Of a stretch of 64,000 nucleotides of DNA, positions 37,871 to 47,204 are shown piece by piece. A program made the position numbers and the translations under genes. Origin of the DNA: an uncultured bacterium (lineage in GTDB: Bacteria; Patescibacteriota; Minisyncoccia; UBA6257; 2-01-FULL-56-20); the NCBI GenBank assembly GCA_963705915.1, contig OY970126.1, forward strand, positions 102,753-166,752. The letters run 5' to 3'. The notes beneath the pieces were generated by a model that was not told the DNA's origin, did no database searches, and saw nothing but the letters and a program-made list of their open reading frames with translations. The first letter of the stretch is position 1. Each line of letters opens with the position of its first letter.

Positions 37871-38146
37871 ATGGCTTCGTCGCCGAGTAAGGTTCAGAGA
37901 GTTGTGATTTGTTTTGTGAGTTTCGGGGTGCTGCCGCTGTTGGCGCTGTTCATGGTGCCGCATGTCTTTAACGGCATCCAGGAAGTTACCGGCTGGGACA
38001 GCAATCTCTTCTACCGCGCCTTTTGGAGTTTTTTGATCGGGGCGGTATTGCTTTGTGCCGGTCTTGGAGTCTTGCTGCGTCAGTGGCTGCTGAAGCAGTG
38101 CGAACCAAATCATCGGGAACATCCCGAGACGAATATGGCACGATGA
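37871..38146 (+). CDS. small membrane protein (2 TM)
   Basis: MASSPSKVQRVVICFVSFGVLPLLALFMVP...; ORF track start 37775 overlaps upstream gene. Confidence 0.35.
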   Translation: MASSPSKVQRVVICFVSFGVLPLLALFMVPHVFNGIQEVTGWDSNLFYRAFWSFLIGAVLLCAGLGVLLRQWLLKQCEPNHREHPETNMAR

Positions 38147-38161
38147 GTGGAAAGTTTTGTG

Positions 38162-38193
38162 AGGCCGGGATGCGTTGCGTCTCGGCCTTTTTA
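38162..38193 (+). terminator. intrinsic terminator
   Basis: aggccggga...tctcggcct followed by ttttt. Confidence 0.5.
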
Positions 38194-38227
38194 ATTAGTT
38201 TTAACCCCGAACCTCTATAATGAATAC

Positions 38228-38560
38228 ATGCCGTTGATTTCGAAGTTCAAACCGCTCCATTGGACGAGCCACGCAAAAGCAAAGATGATCCATTATCGTC
38301 TGAGCCCGGCGCGAGTACGGCGCGTGCTCCATTCGCCGAAGCGCACCGAAGAGGGCATTGCACCGCGCACGGTTGCCGTGATGCAACCGGCGTCGATGAA
38401 GAAAGCAAACATGTGGACGCAGGAAATTTGGGTGATGTTTCAGGATTCGCCAAGGGAGCGCACCGTGATCAGCGCGTGGCGATATCCTGGCGTCACAAAG
38501 CCGCGTGGCGAGATCCAATCTTTTATGAAAAAAGAATATCGGGAATTTATGGCTAGTTGA
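38228..38560 (+). CDS. hypothetical protein, DUF4258-like (possible RelE/ParE-fold toxin-like)
   Basis: HAKAKMIHYRLSPARVRRVLHSPKRTEEG resembles the HAKER-M..R.IS...V..VL motif of DUF4258; tentative. Confidence 0.3.
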   Translation: MPLISKFKPLHWTSHAKAKMIHYRLSPARVRRVLHSPKRTEEGIAPRTVAVMQPASMKKANMWTQEIWVMFQDSPRERTVISAWRYPGVTKPRGEIQSFMKKEYREFMAS

Positions 38561-38621
38561 CAAGCAGCATAAAATATGCAAAAATATAGACAGAGTACTT
38601 CTCCTCAGTTGTGGAAGGAAT

Positions 38622-38813
38622 TTGGGAGGGACTATGATAGGTTCACGAAAGATTGTCGAGATGCCGAGAAAACAGGAAGGGCAACCGAAAGGGGTTGAAC
38701 TTACGGAAGTGATCTGGCGCGAAGCCGTTGATTTCCGGGTGAGACTCCTTGAAGAAGTTGTGAATACGGTTTTCCGGCGCGGTGAAATTCGACTCGTCCC
38801 TCCCAGGTTCTAA
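38622..38813 (+). CDS. hypothetical small protein
   Basis: 63 aa ORF following DUF4258-like gene; no motif. Confidence 0.25.
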   Translation: MGGTMIGSRKIVEMPRKQEGQPKGVELTEVIWREAVDFRVRLLEEVVNTVFRRGEIRLVPPRF

Positions 38814-38857
38814 CAGGGTAGTCGCCGTTCGCGCAAGCGGGCGGCTTTTTTTGTTGA

Positions 38858-39334
38858 TTGATAATTCCCGAGTATTTTGTTGTAATAACCTACATGATCC
38901 TCATAAGCCCCGCGTTTGATAATGACACCGTTATCCCTAAAAAATATACGTGTGATGGCGGCGACATCAACCCTGAACTACAAATCCAAAACGTGCCTCA
39001 CGGCACGAAAAGTTTGGCGCTTATCGTGCACGACCCCGATGCCCCGATGAAAGGTGGATTTACCCATTGGGTGGTTTGGAATATCGATCCGGAAACGAGC
39101 GTCATCAAAGAAGAAAGCGTGCCGCCGGACGCCATCGAAGGACGTAACGGCGCCGGCCGCATCGGCTACATGGGGCCGTGCCCACCGTCGGGAATGCATC
39201 ACTACCATTTCCAGTTGTATGCGTTGAATGCAAAACTCAATTTGCCCGCAACCTCTTCTCTCGGTGAGATAGAGGCGCAAATCGATGGCCATTTGATTTC
39301 ACAGACCGATCTTGTTGGGCTTTACGAGAGATAG
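38858..39334 (+). CDS. YbhB/YbcL family Raf-kinase-inhibitor-like (PEBP) protein
   Basis: DNDTVIPKKYTCDGGDINPELQIQNVPHGTKSLALIVHDPDAP...GFTHWVVWNI...YMGPCPPSGMHHY. Confidence 0.8.
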   Translation: MIIPEYFVVITYMILISPAFDNDTVIPKKYTCDGGDINPELQIQNVPHGTKSLALIVHDPDAPMKGGFTHWVVWNIDPETSVIKEESVPPDAIEGRNGAGRIGYMGPCPPSGMHHYHFQLYALNAKLNLPATSSLGEIEAQIDGHLISQTDLVGLYER

Positions 39335-39391
39335 CCCACGTTTGTGAAATTGCCTTCATGGAGGAGCGGTATCCTATGATATAATGATGGT

Positions 39392-39742
39392 ATGGAGTCG
39401 AATGGATCTGCGACGATATTGCGATGGGGGTTGGCATTCGTTTTCTTCTATGCAGCGATTGCGGCCTTGCTCAATCCTTCAGCGTGGATTCCCTTCATTC
39501 CCGGATTCATCGGAACGATCATGTCCGTCAGATTGTTTCTTGCCATATTCTCGATCTATCAATTAACACTCGCCGTCCTGCTCTTCACCGGAAAAGAGTT
39601 ATGGCTCGCGTCGCTCCTCGCGACAATCACGTTTGTCGGAATCGTTGTCGCTAATTATCAAGTGATCGACATCACATTCCGGGATATCGGCCTCGCATTC
39701 GCTTCGCTTGCTCTATTCCAAACTACGCGACATAATACATAA
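39392..39742 (+). CDS. membrane protein (DoxX-like, 4 TM)
   Basis: 116 aa hydrophobic protein. Confidence 0.4.
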   Translation: MESNGSATILRWGLAFVFFYAAIAALLNPSAWIPFIPGFIGTIMSVRLFLAIFSIYQLTLAVLLFTGKELWLASLLATITFVGIVVANYQVIDITFRDIGLAFASLALFQTTRHNT

Positions 39743-39745
39743 TCT

Positions 39746-40381
39746 ATGAACTTTTTCGATAATACTTCAGCCTTGCCGTTCCCCGGCGAACTCACCGAGC
39801 GCGACCGTTCCAAAGACGATCGTGAACTTATTGAACTTTTCCTCAAAGGAAACGACGTGGGGTTCTCGGTTCTTCTCGATCGCCACATGCCAATGGTGTA
39901 TCGTTTTGTATATCGCTATCTGCATAATACCGACGACGCGAGCGATGTGACTCAGGAAACATTTATCCGCGCCTGGAAGCACATCAAAAAATTCGATACC
40001 GCACGAAGCTTTAAAACGTGGATCCTTGCCATCGCGAAGAATGCATCACTCGATTTTATAAAAAAGAAAAAACCAATTCTTTTCTCACAGATTGAAGCGA
40101 CGGATATGGATTTGGATATCGCCCTTGCTCCGCACCTTGAAAATGCCGTGGGCGAACTGCCCGATGCCATGTTCGACAGAATGAGCGAAGCAAAGATGCT
40201 CGATGCGACGCTCGCCAAATTGCCGATACCATATCGCGTCGTGCTCACCCTCCGCTATAACGAACATCTTAAATTCCGTGAAATTGCGGAAATTCTCGAT
40301 GAGCCTATTGATACCGTGAAGAGCAAGCATCGACGTGGTTTAATGCACCTCCGTAAGCTTTTGCCAGAAACGCTTGCGTAA
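39746..40381 (+). CDS. RNA polymerase sigma factor, ECF family (second copy)
   Basis: Region 2 DASDVTQETFIRAWKHIKKFD..SFKTWILAIAKN; region 4 LPIPYRVVLTLRYNEHLKFREIAEILDEPIDTVKSKHRRGL. Confidence 0.8.
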   Translation: MNFFDNTSALPFPGELTERDRSKDDRELIELFLKGNDVGFSVLLDRHMPMVYRFVYRYLHNTDDASDVTQETFIRAWKHIKKFDTARSFKTWILAIAKNASLDFIKKKKPILFSQIEATDMDLDIALAPHLENAVGELPDAMFDRMSEAKMLDATLAKLPIPYRVVLTLRYNEHLKFREIAEILDEPIDTVKSKHRRGLMHLRKLLPETLA

Positions 40382-40446
40382 CCGTGACGGGTGGGCCTTG
40401 CGGGCCGCACCAAAAAGCACGATAAAATCGTATATTTGGCAAAGCC

Positions 40447-40875
40447 ATGCACAGTTTCGATAGCAAAAAGTATGGGAAATTGATTGAAAAATCAGAGACA
40501 CCGGCCCCGCCGGCTGATTTGGCGCAAAAAACCCTCCTCGCGATCGTGTTGCGGCAAAGGAAGATTTTGATGGGTAAGCTCATTGGGCTTGGCCTCGTGT
40601 TCGCGGCTTCGCTTGCGATGGTCGTGACGCAGCTCGTGACCGCGACGTCCCAACTTGGACAGTCGGGCTTCTGGACATTTGGATCGCTTTTCTTTTCAGA
40701 TTTCGGCGTGGCCATCACGAACCTTCCTGATATGGTTATGTCTCTTTTTGAGTCATTCCCGATTTTATCGGTCGGCCTCGCGATCGGCGGCCTCGCAATT
40801 GCCATCTGGTCGTTCGCAGGTTTTATCGACGATGCCAATGTATTGCGCGCAAGCCGGTCGCTCTTGCTCGAATAA
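40447..40875 (+). CDS. putative anti-sigma factor membrane protein
   Basis: Follows ECF sigma; cytoplasmic N-term then 3 TM helices. Confidence 0.4.
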   Translation: MHSFDSKKYGKLIEKSETPAPPADLAQKTLLAIVLRQRKILMGKLIGLGLVFAASLAMVVTQLVTATSQLGQSGFWTFGSLFFSDFGVAITNLPDMVMSLFESFPILSVGLAIGGLAIAIWSFAGFIDDANVLRASRSLLLE

Positions 40876-40887
40876 CTTCTGTTTGCC

Positions 40888-41406
40888 ATGAACGATATTT
40901 CCCATTCAAAAAAGATGAACGCGATTTTAATTATTCTCGGTAGCATCGCCGTCGTTTTTGTTGTCTTTGCCCTCGGCGTTTACGTTGGATATCGGAAGGC
41001 TATCTTTGCATCAGGGCGCAGCGATAATTACTATCGGGACTTTTTGGGGGGCACACCGCCGGCGGGGGTGATGGGATTCACGAGCGGCATGCCTGGAGAC
41101 ACCCATGGCGTCATCGGCACCGTCATTGATATTGGCAGTTCGAGCGTTGTCGTCGAAGATGCCAACAGCGATGAAGAGTCGGTGGTCATTTCTTCCGGGA
41201 CGGTTATCCGGATGCAGAACGAAACGATTGGTATCGACGGTTTCACGACGGGCGAAGGCATTGTTGTGATCGGCGAACCCAATGACAGCGGCCAGATCGA
41301 AGCGCACTTTGTGAGGGTTTTCCCTGCGACGTCATCGTTTCCGGCATCTCCGCCTGTGACGCCGATGTCGAATACGTCGAATGAAGTCATTATCCAAACC
41401 TTATAA
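40888..41406 (+). CDS. DUF5666-like secreted protein
   Basis: N-terminal TM; SSSVVVEDANSDEESVVISSGTVIRMQNETIGIDGFTTGEGIVVIGEPNDSGQIEAHFVRVFP pattern; paralog at 45296. Confidence 0.45.
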   Translation: MNDISHSKKMNAILIILGSIAVVFVVFALGVYVGYRKAIFASGRSDNYYRDFLGGTPPAGVMGFTSGMPGDTHGVIGTVIDIGSSSVVVEDANSDEESVVISSGTVIRMQNETIGIDGFTTGEGIVVIGEPNDSGQIEAHFVRVFPATSSFPASPPVTPMSNTSNEVIIQTL

Positions 41407-41412
41407 CCATTT

Positions 41413-43257
41413 ATGTTTAAAAAATTCACACAAGCAATGCGGGCACATAAAGTCATCACGGCCATCATCATTATCGTTGTCGTCGTTGGAGGGTATTATT
41501 GGTACAAATCAGCGCAGGGTTCGAATACGGTGACGAGCTATGTGGTTCAGCAGGCTTCGCTCGGAACCGTTATTGCGTCTGTCTCAGGAAGCGGGCAGGT
41601 GCAGTCGTTGGCTTCGATTCCGGTGAAGAATCAGGGCTCGGGTAATGGTAATGTGACGCAGATTTACGTGACGGTCGGTCAGCATGTCAGCGCGGGACAG
41701 TTGCTCGTGCAAGTTGATCCGACGAACGAACAGAAAGCGCTCGAATCAGCACAGCTTAATATGCAGTCCGCGAATATTTCGCTTGAGAAACTGCAAGAAG
41801 CTCCGGCAACGACAACGCTCCAGCAGGACGAAGATGCGGTGACGCAGGCGTCGACGTCGATTGCCACCGATTACCAGTCAGGCTACGACTCCCTTGGCAG
41901 CCTTTTCGTCGATCTGCAAAATGTGATGACAGGACTCCAGAATTTTGTTCTTGGCAACAACGTGAATAAAATTCAAAACGATCCGAATGCATTCGTAAGC
42001 CTTTTGCCGGCATACCTTCAACCTTCGGCCCAACCGTATGCCACCAATGTCCAATCGACGTATAACGCCGCGACGGCAGCGTATAGCCAGAACTTAGCCG
42101 ACTATCAGGCCCTCTCGAGAAATTCAAGCTCATCATCGCTCGATGCTTTGTTTTCAGAAACCGCGAACACCACGAAGGCGGTGAGTAATGCGGTGATCGC
42201 ATCAAAGGACCTCATCACCTATATCGTGGACAGCTATCCGAGTTCGTCGAGTACGAAGCCGTTGCCATCAATTGTGAATAGTGACCAGACAAATTTCTCC
42301 ACGTATACGCAGACGATTACGAACGACATTACGAATATCACCAATGCCCAAAACACCATCGCAAACGACGAGATTTCCCTCAACGAGAAGGAAGAAGCAC
42401 TGACATCGCTCGAAGCCGGTCCCGACCCGCTCGACGTGCAGTCCCAGCAAATTTCAATCCAGAGCTCGCAGATGTCGCTCCAGACGGCGGAGCAGAATCT
42501 CGCCGATGATTCCATCCGGGCACCAGTGTCGGGAACGGTGTCTGCTATCGGTGCCGTTGTCGGAACACCGATTGCATCTTCTGCAGTGACACTTGTTGCG
42601 GATGGCGAAGTTGCTCAGGTGACGTTGAATGAGGTTGATGCTGCAAAAGTAAATCTTGGCGACCAAGCCACACTCACCTTCGATGCTTTGCCCAATCTTT
42701 CGATCGCAGGGCAGGTGGTGGAACTCGATCCGGTGGGCACAGTGAGCCAGGGCGTTGTGAATTATAACGCGCAGGTGAGTTTCACTAATACTTCAACGAG
42801 CACGCTGCAAGTTAAACCGGGGATGAGTGTGACCGCGAATATTGTGACTCAGGCTGACCAGAATGTTATTACTGTTCCGAATTCGGCGATTGTAACGGAG
42901 GGTGGTTCGAGTTATGTACTTGAACCTGCGACGCCGCTTTCCGCAGCCGATCTTTCTACGGCGAGCGCAGCTAGCGGTATCCAATTGCCCCAAGGCACAA
43001 AGATGGTTCCGGTGACGGTGGGCCTTTCGAATGATACGGTGACTGAAATTACGTCTGGCGTGAATGCGGGCGATCAAGTCATCACACAGACCATTCATTC
43101 ATCCGGAAGTTCAAGCGGAGGTACAAGCGCCGGAGGTACAAGCGCTCTCCGTGCATTAGGAGGCGGAGCTGGTGGAGCGGTTTTTGGAGGCGGAGCTGGT
43201 GGTGGCTTTGGCGGAGGCGCGGTGCGCACTGGCGCAGGGGCTGGTGCGGCGAGATAA
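41413..43257 (+). CDS. efflux transporter periplasmic adaptor subunit (HlyD/MacA family) with Gly-rich C-terminal tail
   Basis: N-terminal TM, biotinyl/lipoyl-like hairpin motifs (ASIPVKNQG..VTQIYVTVGQHVSAGQLLVQVDP; IRAPVSGTVSAIGAVVGT), long coiled coil, beta-barrel; tail GGGAGGAVFGGGAGGGFGGG. Confidence 0.8.
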   Translation: MFKKFTQAMRAHKVITAIIIIVVVVGGYYWYKSAQGSNTVTSYVVQQASLGTVIASVSGSGQVQSLASIPVKNQGSGNGNVTQIYVTVGQHVSAGQLLVQVDPTNEQKALESAQLNMQSANISLEKLQEAPATTTLQQDEDAVTQASTSIATDYQSGYDSLGSLFVDLQNVMTGLQNFVLGNNVNKIQNDPNAFVSLLPAYLQPSAQPYATNVQSTYNAATAAYSQNLADYQALSRNSSSSSLDALFSETANTTKAVSNAVIASKDLITYIVDSYPSSSSTKPLPSIVNSDQTNFSTYTQTITNDITNITNAQNTIANDEISLNEKEEALTSLEAGPDPLDVQSQQISIQSSQMSLQTAEQNLADDSIRAPVSGTVSAIGAVVGTPIASSAVTLVADGEVAQVTLNEVDAAKVNLGDQATLTFDALPNLSIAGQVVELDPVGTVSQGVVNYNAQVSFTNTSTSTLQVKPGMSVTANIVTQADQNVITVPNSAIVTEGGSSYVLEPATPLSAADLSTASAASGIQLPQGTKMVPVTVGLSNDTVTEITSGVNAGDQVITQTIHSSGSSSGGTSAGGTSALRALGGGAGGAVFGGGAGGGFGGGAVRTGAGAGAAR

Positions 43258-43268
43258 TCGATTACGCT

Positions 43269-44012
43269 ATGAAGAAAGACATCATTCAATGCACGGATAT
43301 CAAAAAGGTATATAACACGGGCGGCATAGAGACCGTGGTCCTTAAAGGGATCACGTTCTCCGTTGCGGAGGGCGATTTCGTCGCCATCATGGGGCCATCC
43401 GGATCAGGTAAGTCGACGCTCATGCACATCATCGGCGCGCTCGACACGCCTACGTCAGGAAAATATATGCTCGACGGCAAGGATGTTTCGAAATTATCCG
43501 ACGATGAACTTGCCGACATCCGCCGGGAAAAAATCGGATTTGTATTTCAGTCGTTTAATTTGTTGCCGCGCACGACCGTGCTTCGCAACGTGGAATTGCC
43601 GCTCATTTATGAAGGTACCGAGAAAGAAAAACGGGAACGGATTGCAAAGAAAGCCCTCACCGATTCGGCATTCCCAGAAGCCTTTTGGTTTCATCATTCG
43701 AATCAGCTTTCTGGCGGCATGATGCAGCGCGTTGCCATTGCGCGATCGCTCGTCAACAACCCCGCACTCATTCTTGCCGATGAGCCCACGGGAAACCTCG
43801 ACTCGCGGACCGGTGAAATCGTCCTGCATACCTTTCAGTCACTCAATATGAAGCACGGCAAAACTATAGTCCTCATTACGCACGAGCTATACGTCGCCGA
43901 ACACGCCAATCGGATCATCCATATTTTAGATGGCAACATCGTGAAAGAAGAGACGAATCATCATAAGCGTATTGCAAAAAATGAACCGGCGCAGGCTGCG
44001 CTTACGATTTAG
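43269..44012 (+). CDS. ABC transporter ATP-binding protein (MacB/LolD-like)
   Basis: Walker [11 protein letters not shown]-loop, signature [15 protein letters not shown], Walker [12 protein letters not shown]. Confidence 0.9.
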   Translation: MKKDIIQCTDIKKVYNTGGIETVVLKGITFSVAEGDFVAIMGPSGSGKSTLMHIIGALDTPTSGKYMLDGKDVSKLSDDELADIRREKIGFVFQSFNLLPRTTVLRNVELPLIYEGTEKEKRERIAKKALTDSAFPEAFWFHHSNQLSGGMMQRVAIARSLVNNPALILADEPTGNLDSRTGEIVLHTFQSLNMKHGKTIVLITHELYVAEHANRIIHILDGNIVKEETNHHKRIAKNEPAQAALTI

Positions 44013-44023
44013 TTTTTAACACT

Positions 44024-45271
44024 ATGACCACGCAGGATCTATTTGAAGAAACCTATAGTGCGGTAACCGTCAACAAGGTACGGTCCGGTCTTACGATGCT
44101 TGGCATTGTGATTGGCATCGCGTCAGTGATCGCCATGGTTTCGATTGGGCAGGGGACGCAGGCTACGATTTCTGCAAGTATCAATTCATTAGGGGCAAAC
44201 CTCATCATCGTGACGCCGGGAGCGCAACGCGCCATCGGGTCAACGGTGAGCGCCGGCCTTGGCAGCTCACACACGCTCACGCCAGATGACGCAGACGCGA
44301 TAGCGACGCAAGTGCAAAATGTTGAGGCGGTTGCCCCGTCCGTTACTGCCCGCGAACAGGTAGTTTATGAAGGAGAAAATACCAACGTGAGCGTTCTTGG
44401 AACGGTGTCGAGTTATCCGCAGGTTCGCAATGTACAGATTGCTCAAGGGTCATTTATTAGCGATACCGATAACACCGATGCAAACCGGGTCGCGGTCATT
44501 GGTCCAACAGTTCTTCAAAGTCTATGGAATCCGAGCGGCAACGCAACGGCGACGCCTGACCAGGCGATTGGGCAAACGATCCGTATCGACGGCGATGATT
44601 TCACGGTCATCGGCGTCACAGTCTCCAAAGGTGGCAGTGGATTTACGAATCAAGACAACATGATCTATGTGCCGCTTTTGACGGCGCAGCGATACTTCAC
44701 GGGCGATACGTCATATGTGACAGAAGTGGACATCGAAGCGGCAACGCAGCAATCAATGACGCAAGTCCAGAACGACATCACCAATCTCTTGCTCGAGCGC
44801 CATAACATCGCCGATCCAACCGAGGCGGACTTTACCGTTTTGAACCAAGCGGACATTGTGCAAACCGCTTCAAGCGTTACGAATACCTTCACGCTACTCC
44901 TCGCTTCCATTGCTGCGATATCGCTCCTCGTGGGCGGCATCGGTATTATGAATATGATGCTCACGACAGTCACTGAGCGCACGCGCGAGATTGGCTTGAG
45001 GAAGGCAATTGGCGCAAAGAAAGGCGACATCACATTGCAATTCCTCGGCGAGTCGGTGATGCTCACCTTCACTGGCGGCCTGATCGGCGTTGTGCTCGGA
45101 TGGCTCATCTCCGTTGGCATATCTACATTTGCAGGCATATCGACAACAGTTTCCATTCCCTATGTCCTTCTCGCTTTCGGTGTGTCTGCGGCGATCGGCA
45201 TTATTTTCGGTTATTACCCTGCAAAGCGTGCGGCCTCCCTTAGTCCCATTGAAGCTTTGCGCTATGAATAA
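44024..45271 (+). CDS. ABC transporter permease (FtsX/MacB family)
   Basis: N-terminal TM, large periplasmic domain, C-terminal 3 TM with FtsX-like GIGIMNMMLTTVTERTREIGLRKAIGA. Confidence 0.85.
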   Translation: MTTQDLFEETYSAVTVNKVRSGLTMLGIVIGIASVIAMVSIGQGTQATISASINSLGANLIIVTPGAQRAIGSTVSAGLGSSHTLTPDDADAIATQVQNVEAVAPSVTAREQVVYEGENTNVSVLGTVSSYPQVRNVQIAQGSFISDTDNTDANRVAVIGPTVLQSLWNPSGNATATPDQAIGQTIRIDGDDFTVIGVTVSKGGSGFTNQDNMIYVPLLTAQRYFTGDTSYVTEVDIEAATQQSMTQVQNDITNLLLERHNIADPTEADFTVLNQADIVQTASSVTNTFTLLLASIAAISLLVGGIGIMNMMLTTVTERTREIGLRKAIGAKKGDITLQFLGESVMLTFTGGLIGVVLGWLISVGISTFAGISTTVSIPYVLLAFGVSAAIGIIFGYYPAKRAASLSPIEALRYE

Positions 45272-45295
45272 AGGTCAAAAAAATAAAATAAAAAT

Positions 45296-45763
45296 ATGAG
45301 AAAAATTTGGGTAGTCGTCATTGCGGTCGTGTGCGCGGGCGTATTCTTCTATGTTGGGATGGTGTACGGAAAAAATACCGCATCGTCTTCATCTGCTGGC
45401 CGAGGCGGCAGTTTCGCGTTCTCTTCGTCCACACGGGCCGGATTCGGCGCGCGCGGGGGGACAGGAACCGGAGGGACGGGAGGCGTCGTGACAGGCCAAG
45501 TTATTTCAACGAACGCCGACAGTATGACCGTGCAACTCGCGAATGGCAATTCACAGGTGGTGTTTTTCTCGAGTTCAACGGACATAGAAAAACCGTCACC
45601 GGTTCCAGCGAGCGAGCTTACTGACGGGACAGAGGTGATTGTGACAGGCTCATCGAATTCAGATGGGAGTGTCACGGCGCAGATGATCCAGGTTCGGCCG
45701 GCGGGTATGGGCGGATTCTTTGGAGGTGGTGGATCTGGGAGCGCATCATCATCAAGCCAGTAG
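45296..45763 (+). CDS. DUF5666-like secreted protein, Gly-rich
   Basis: Signal/TM, Gly-rich linker, MTVQLANGNSQVVFFSSSTDIEK...GTEVIVTGSSNSDGSVTAQMIQVRP parallels 40888 ORF. Confidence 0.45.
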   Translation: MRKIWVVVIAVVCAGVFFYVGMVYGKNTASSSSAGRGGSFAFSSSTRAGFGARGGTGTGGTGGVVTGQVISTNADSMTVQLANGNSQVVFFSSSTDIEKPSPVPASELTDGTEVIVTGSSNSDGSVTAQMIQVRPAGMGGFFGGGGSGSASSSSQ

Positions 45764-47204
45764 CGAAATAAAAATTCCTGCATATGCAGGAATTTTTATC
45801 TGCCGTTTCAGATACGATTACGGGCGAAAACATCATGATTCCTGTGGTTTATGCACACTTCGCGAAAGGATATCAAAAAAAGGCTATATAATTAAACCAA
45901 AGGCGAGTTCCTGCCATTTTTTCGGTGTTCGGACACTCACCATGCCGACCCAAAAAGCGATTAAAAAAAAATCTACGAGAGAGAAGGGGCGAGCATCTGC
46001 ATCGCGTCGTACTTTGCGTAGTCCGCTCCGTAGCAGGGCTAAAACTTCCCAAAAACCCGTTCGACGAAAAATCCCTGCGCGACTCACAAAAACAGCTCGC
46101 CGCACGATGCTTCTCCAGGCCATTCGAGAGGCGCGTGCCAAACGAGCGTTGCGTGAGAAAGGCGAAGAGCGTCCGATCCATCCGCATGAGCTGCGCCGGC
46201 ACGAAGAGAATCCGATCATCGAGCCGCGAAAACATAATTTTTGGGAGATGAAAGCAACGTTCAATCCTGGCGCGATCTACGCCGATAAACGGGTGCATCT
46301 TTTGTATCGTGCAATCGGTGGGGATGATATTTCGGTCCTGGGTTATGCATCCAGCGAGGATGGCGTAACGATCAGCGAGCGACTCAACGAGCCCGCATAC
46401 ATACCAAGCCATATCATAAAAAAGACGGAGGCGATGCGTGCCAGTGCTCCGCCGGTGGCGTATCTTTCGGGTGGTGGATGGAATGGTGGTTGCGAAGACC
46501 CACGGCTCACTATGATTGATGACCGTGTCTATCTGACTTACACGGCGTTCGATGGCTGGGGTTCGGTTCGCATTGCACTATCCTCGATCGGTGTCGAGGA
46601 TTTTTTGCGAAAGGCATGGCGTTGGAAAAATCCGGCGCTCATTTCACCGCCGGGCGAAATCCATAAAAATTGGATGCTTTTCCCGGAAAAAATTCACGGC
46701 AAATTTGCTTTGCTTCATAGCATCTCGCCGCACATTCTGGTCGATTATTTCGATTCCCTTCACGAGCTTGAAGAGTCTCGGCGCACCATCCGGAGTGTTC
46801 GCGAGATGGTTCCAAATCTGGGGCGATGGGATAGCTTTGTGCGCGGAGCCGGACCGCCGCCAATGAAGACGAGGCTCGGATGGTTGCTTTTTTATCACGC
46901 CATCGACGCTCGCGACCCCGGTCGCTATAAGGTGGGCGCTATGGTGCTCGATAGCGATGATCCGACCAAAATTCTATATCGTTCACAGAGCCCGGTGCTT
47001 GAACCCGAAATGGAATATGAAAACAACGGCATCGCCTCTGGTATTGTTTATTCCTGTGGGGCCGTTGTGAAAGATGGTACACTGTATCTTTATTATGGAG
47101 GAAGCGACAGTGTATCGTGTGTAGCGACGGCGAACCTCGACCAGTTCCTGGAAGATCTCAAAAAATACGGAACACCAAAACTTGTACTTCATGCCAACCG
47201 TTAA
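45720..47204 (+). CDS. GH130-like (DUF377/Glyco_hydro_130 beta-propeller) protein with highly basic N-terminal extension
   Basis: ENPIIEPRKHNFWEMKATFNPGAIYADKRVHLLYRAIGGDDISVLGYASSEDGVTI...GCEDPRLTMIDDRVYLTYTAFDG; N-terminal ~100 aa Lys/Arg-rich (KKKSTREKGRASASRRTLRSPLRSRAKTSQKPVRRKIPARLTKTARR); likely true start near 45942. Confidence 0.5.
   Translation: MEVVDLGAHHHQASSEIKIPAYAGIFICRFRYDYGRKHHDSCGLCTLRERISKKGYIIKPKASSCHFFGVRTLTMPTQKAIKKKSTREKGRASASRRTLRSPLRSRAKTSQKPVRRKIPARLTKTARRTMLLQAIREARAKRALREKGEERPIHPHELRRHEENPIIEPRKHNFWEMKATFNPGAIYADKRVHLLYRAIGGDDISVLGYASSEDGVTISERLNEPAYIPSHIIKKTEAMRASAPPVAYLSGGGWNGGCEDPRLTMIDDRVYLTYTAFDGWGSVRIALSSIGVEDFLRKAWRWKNPALISPPGEIHKNWMLFPEKIHGKFALLHSISPHILVDYFDSLHELEESRRTIRSVREMVPNLGRWDSFVRGAGPPPMKTRLGWLLFYHAIDARDPGRYKVGAMVLDSDDPTKILYRSQSPVLEPEMEYENNGIASGIVYSCGAVVKDGTLYLYYGGSDSVSCVATANLDQFLEDLKKYGTPKLVLHANR

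Noticed and set aside
43095-43289. Minus-strand Pro/Ala-rich 64-aa ORF
   Set aside because: Reverse complement of the Gly-rich tail of the HlyD-family gene.
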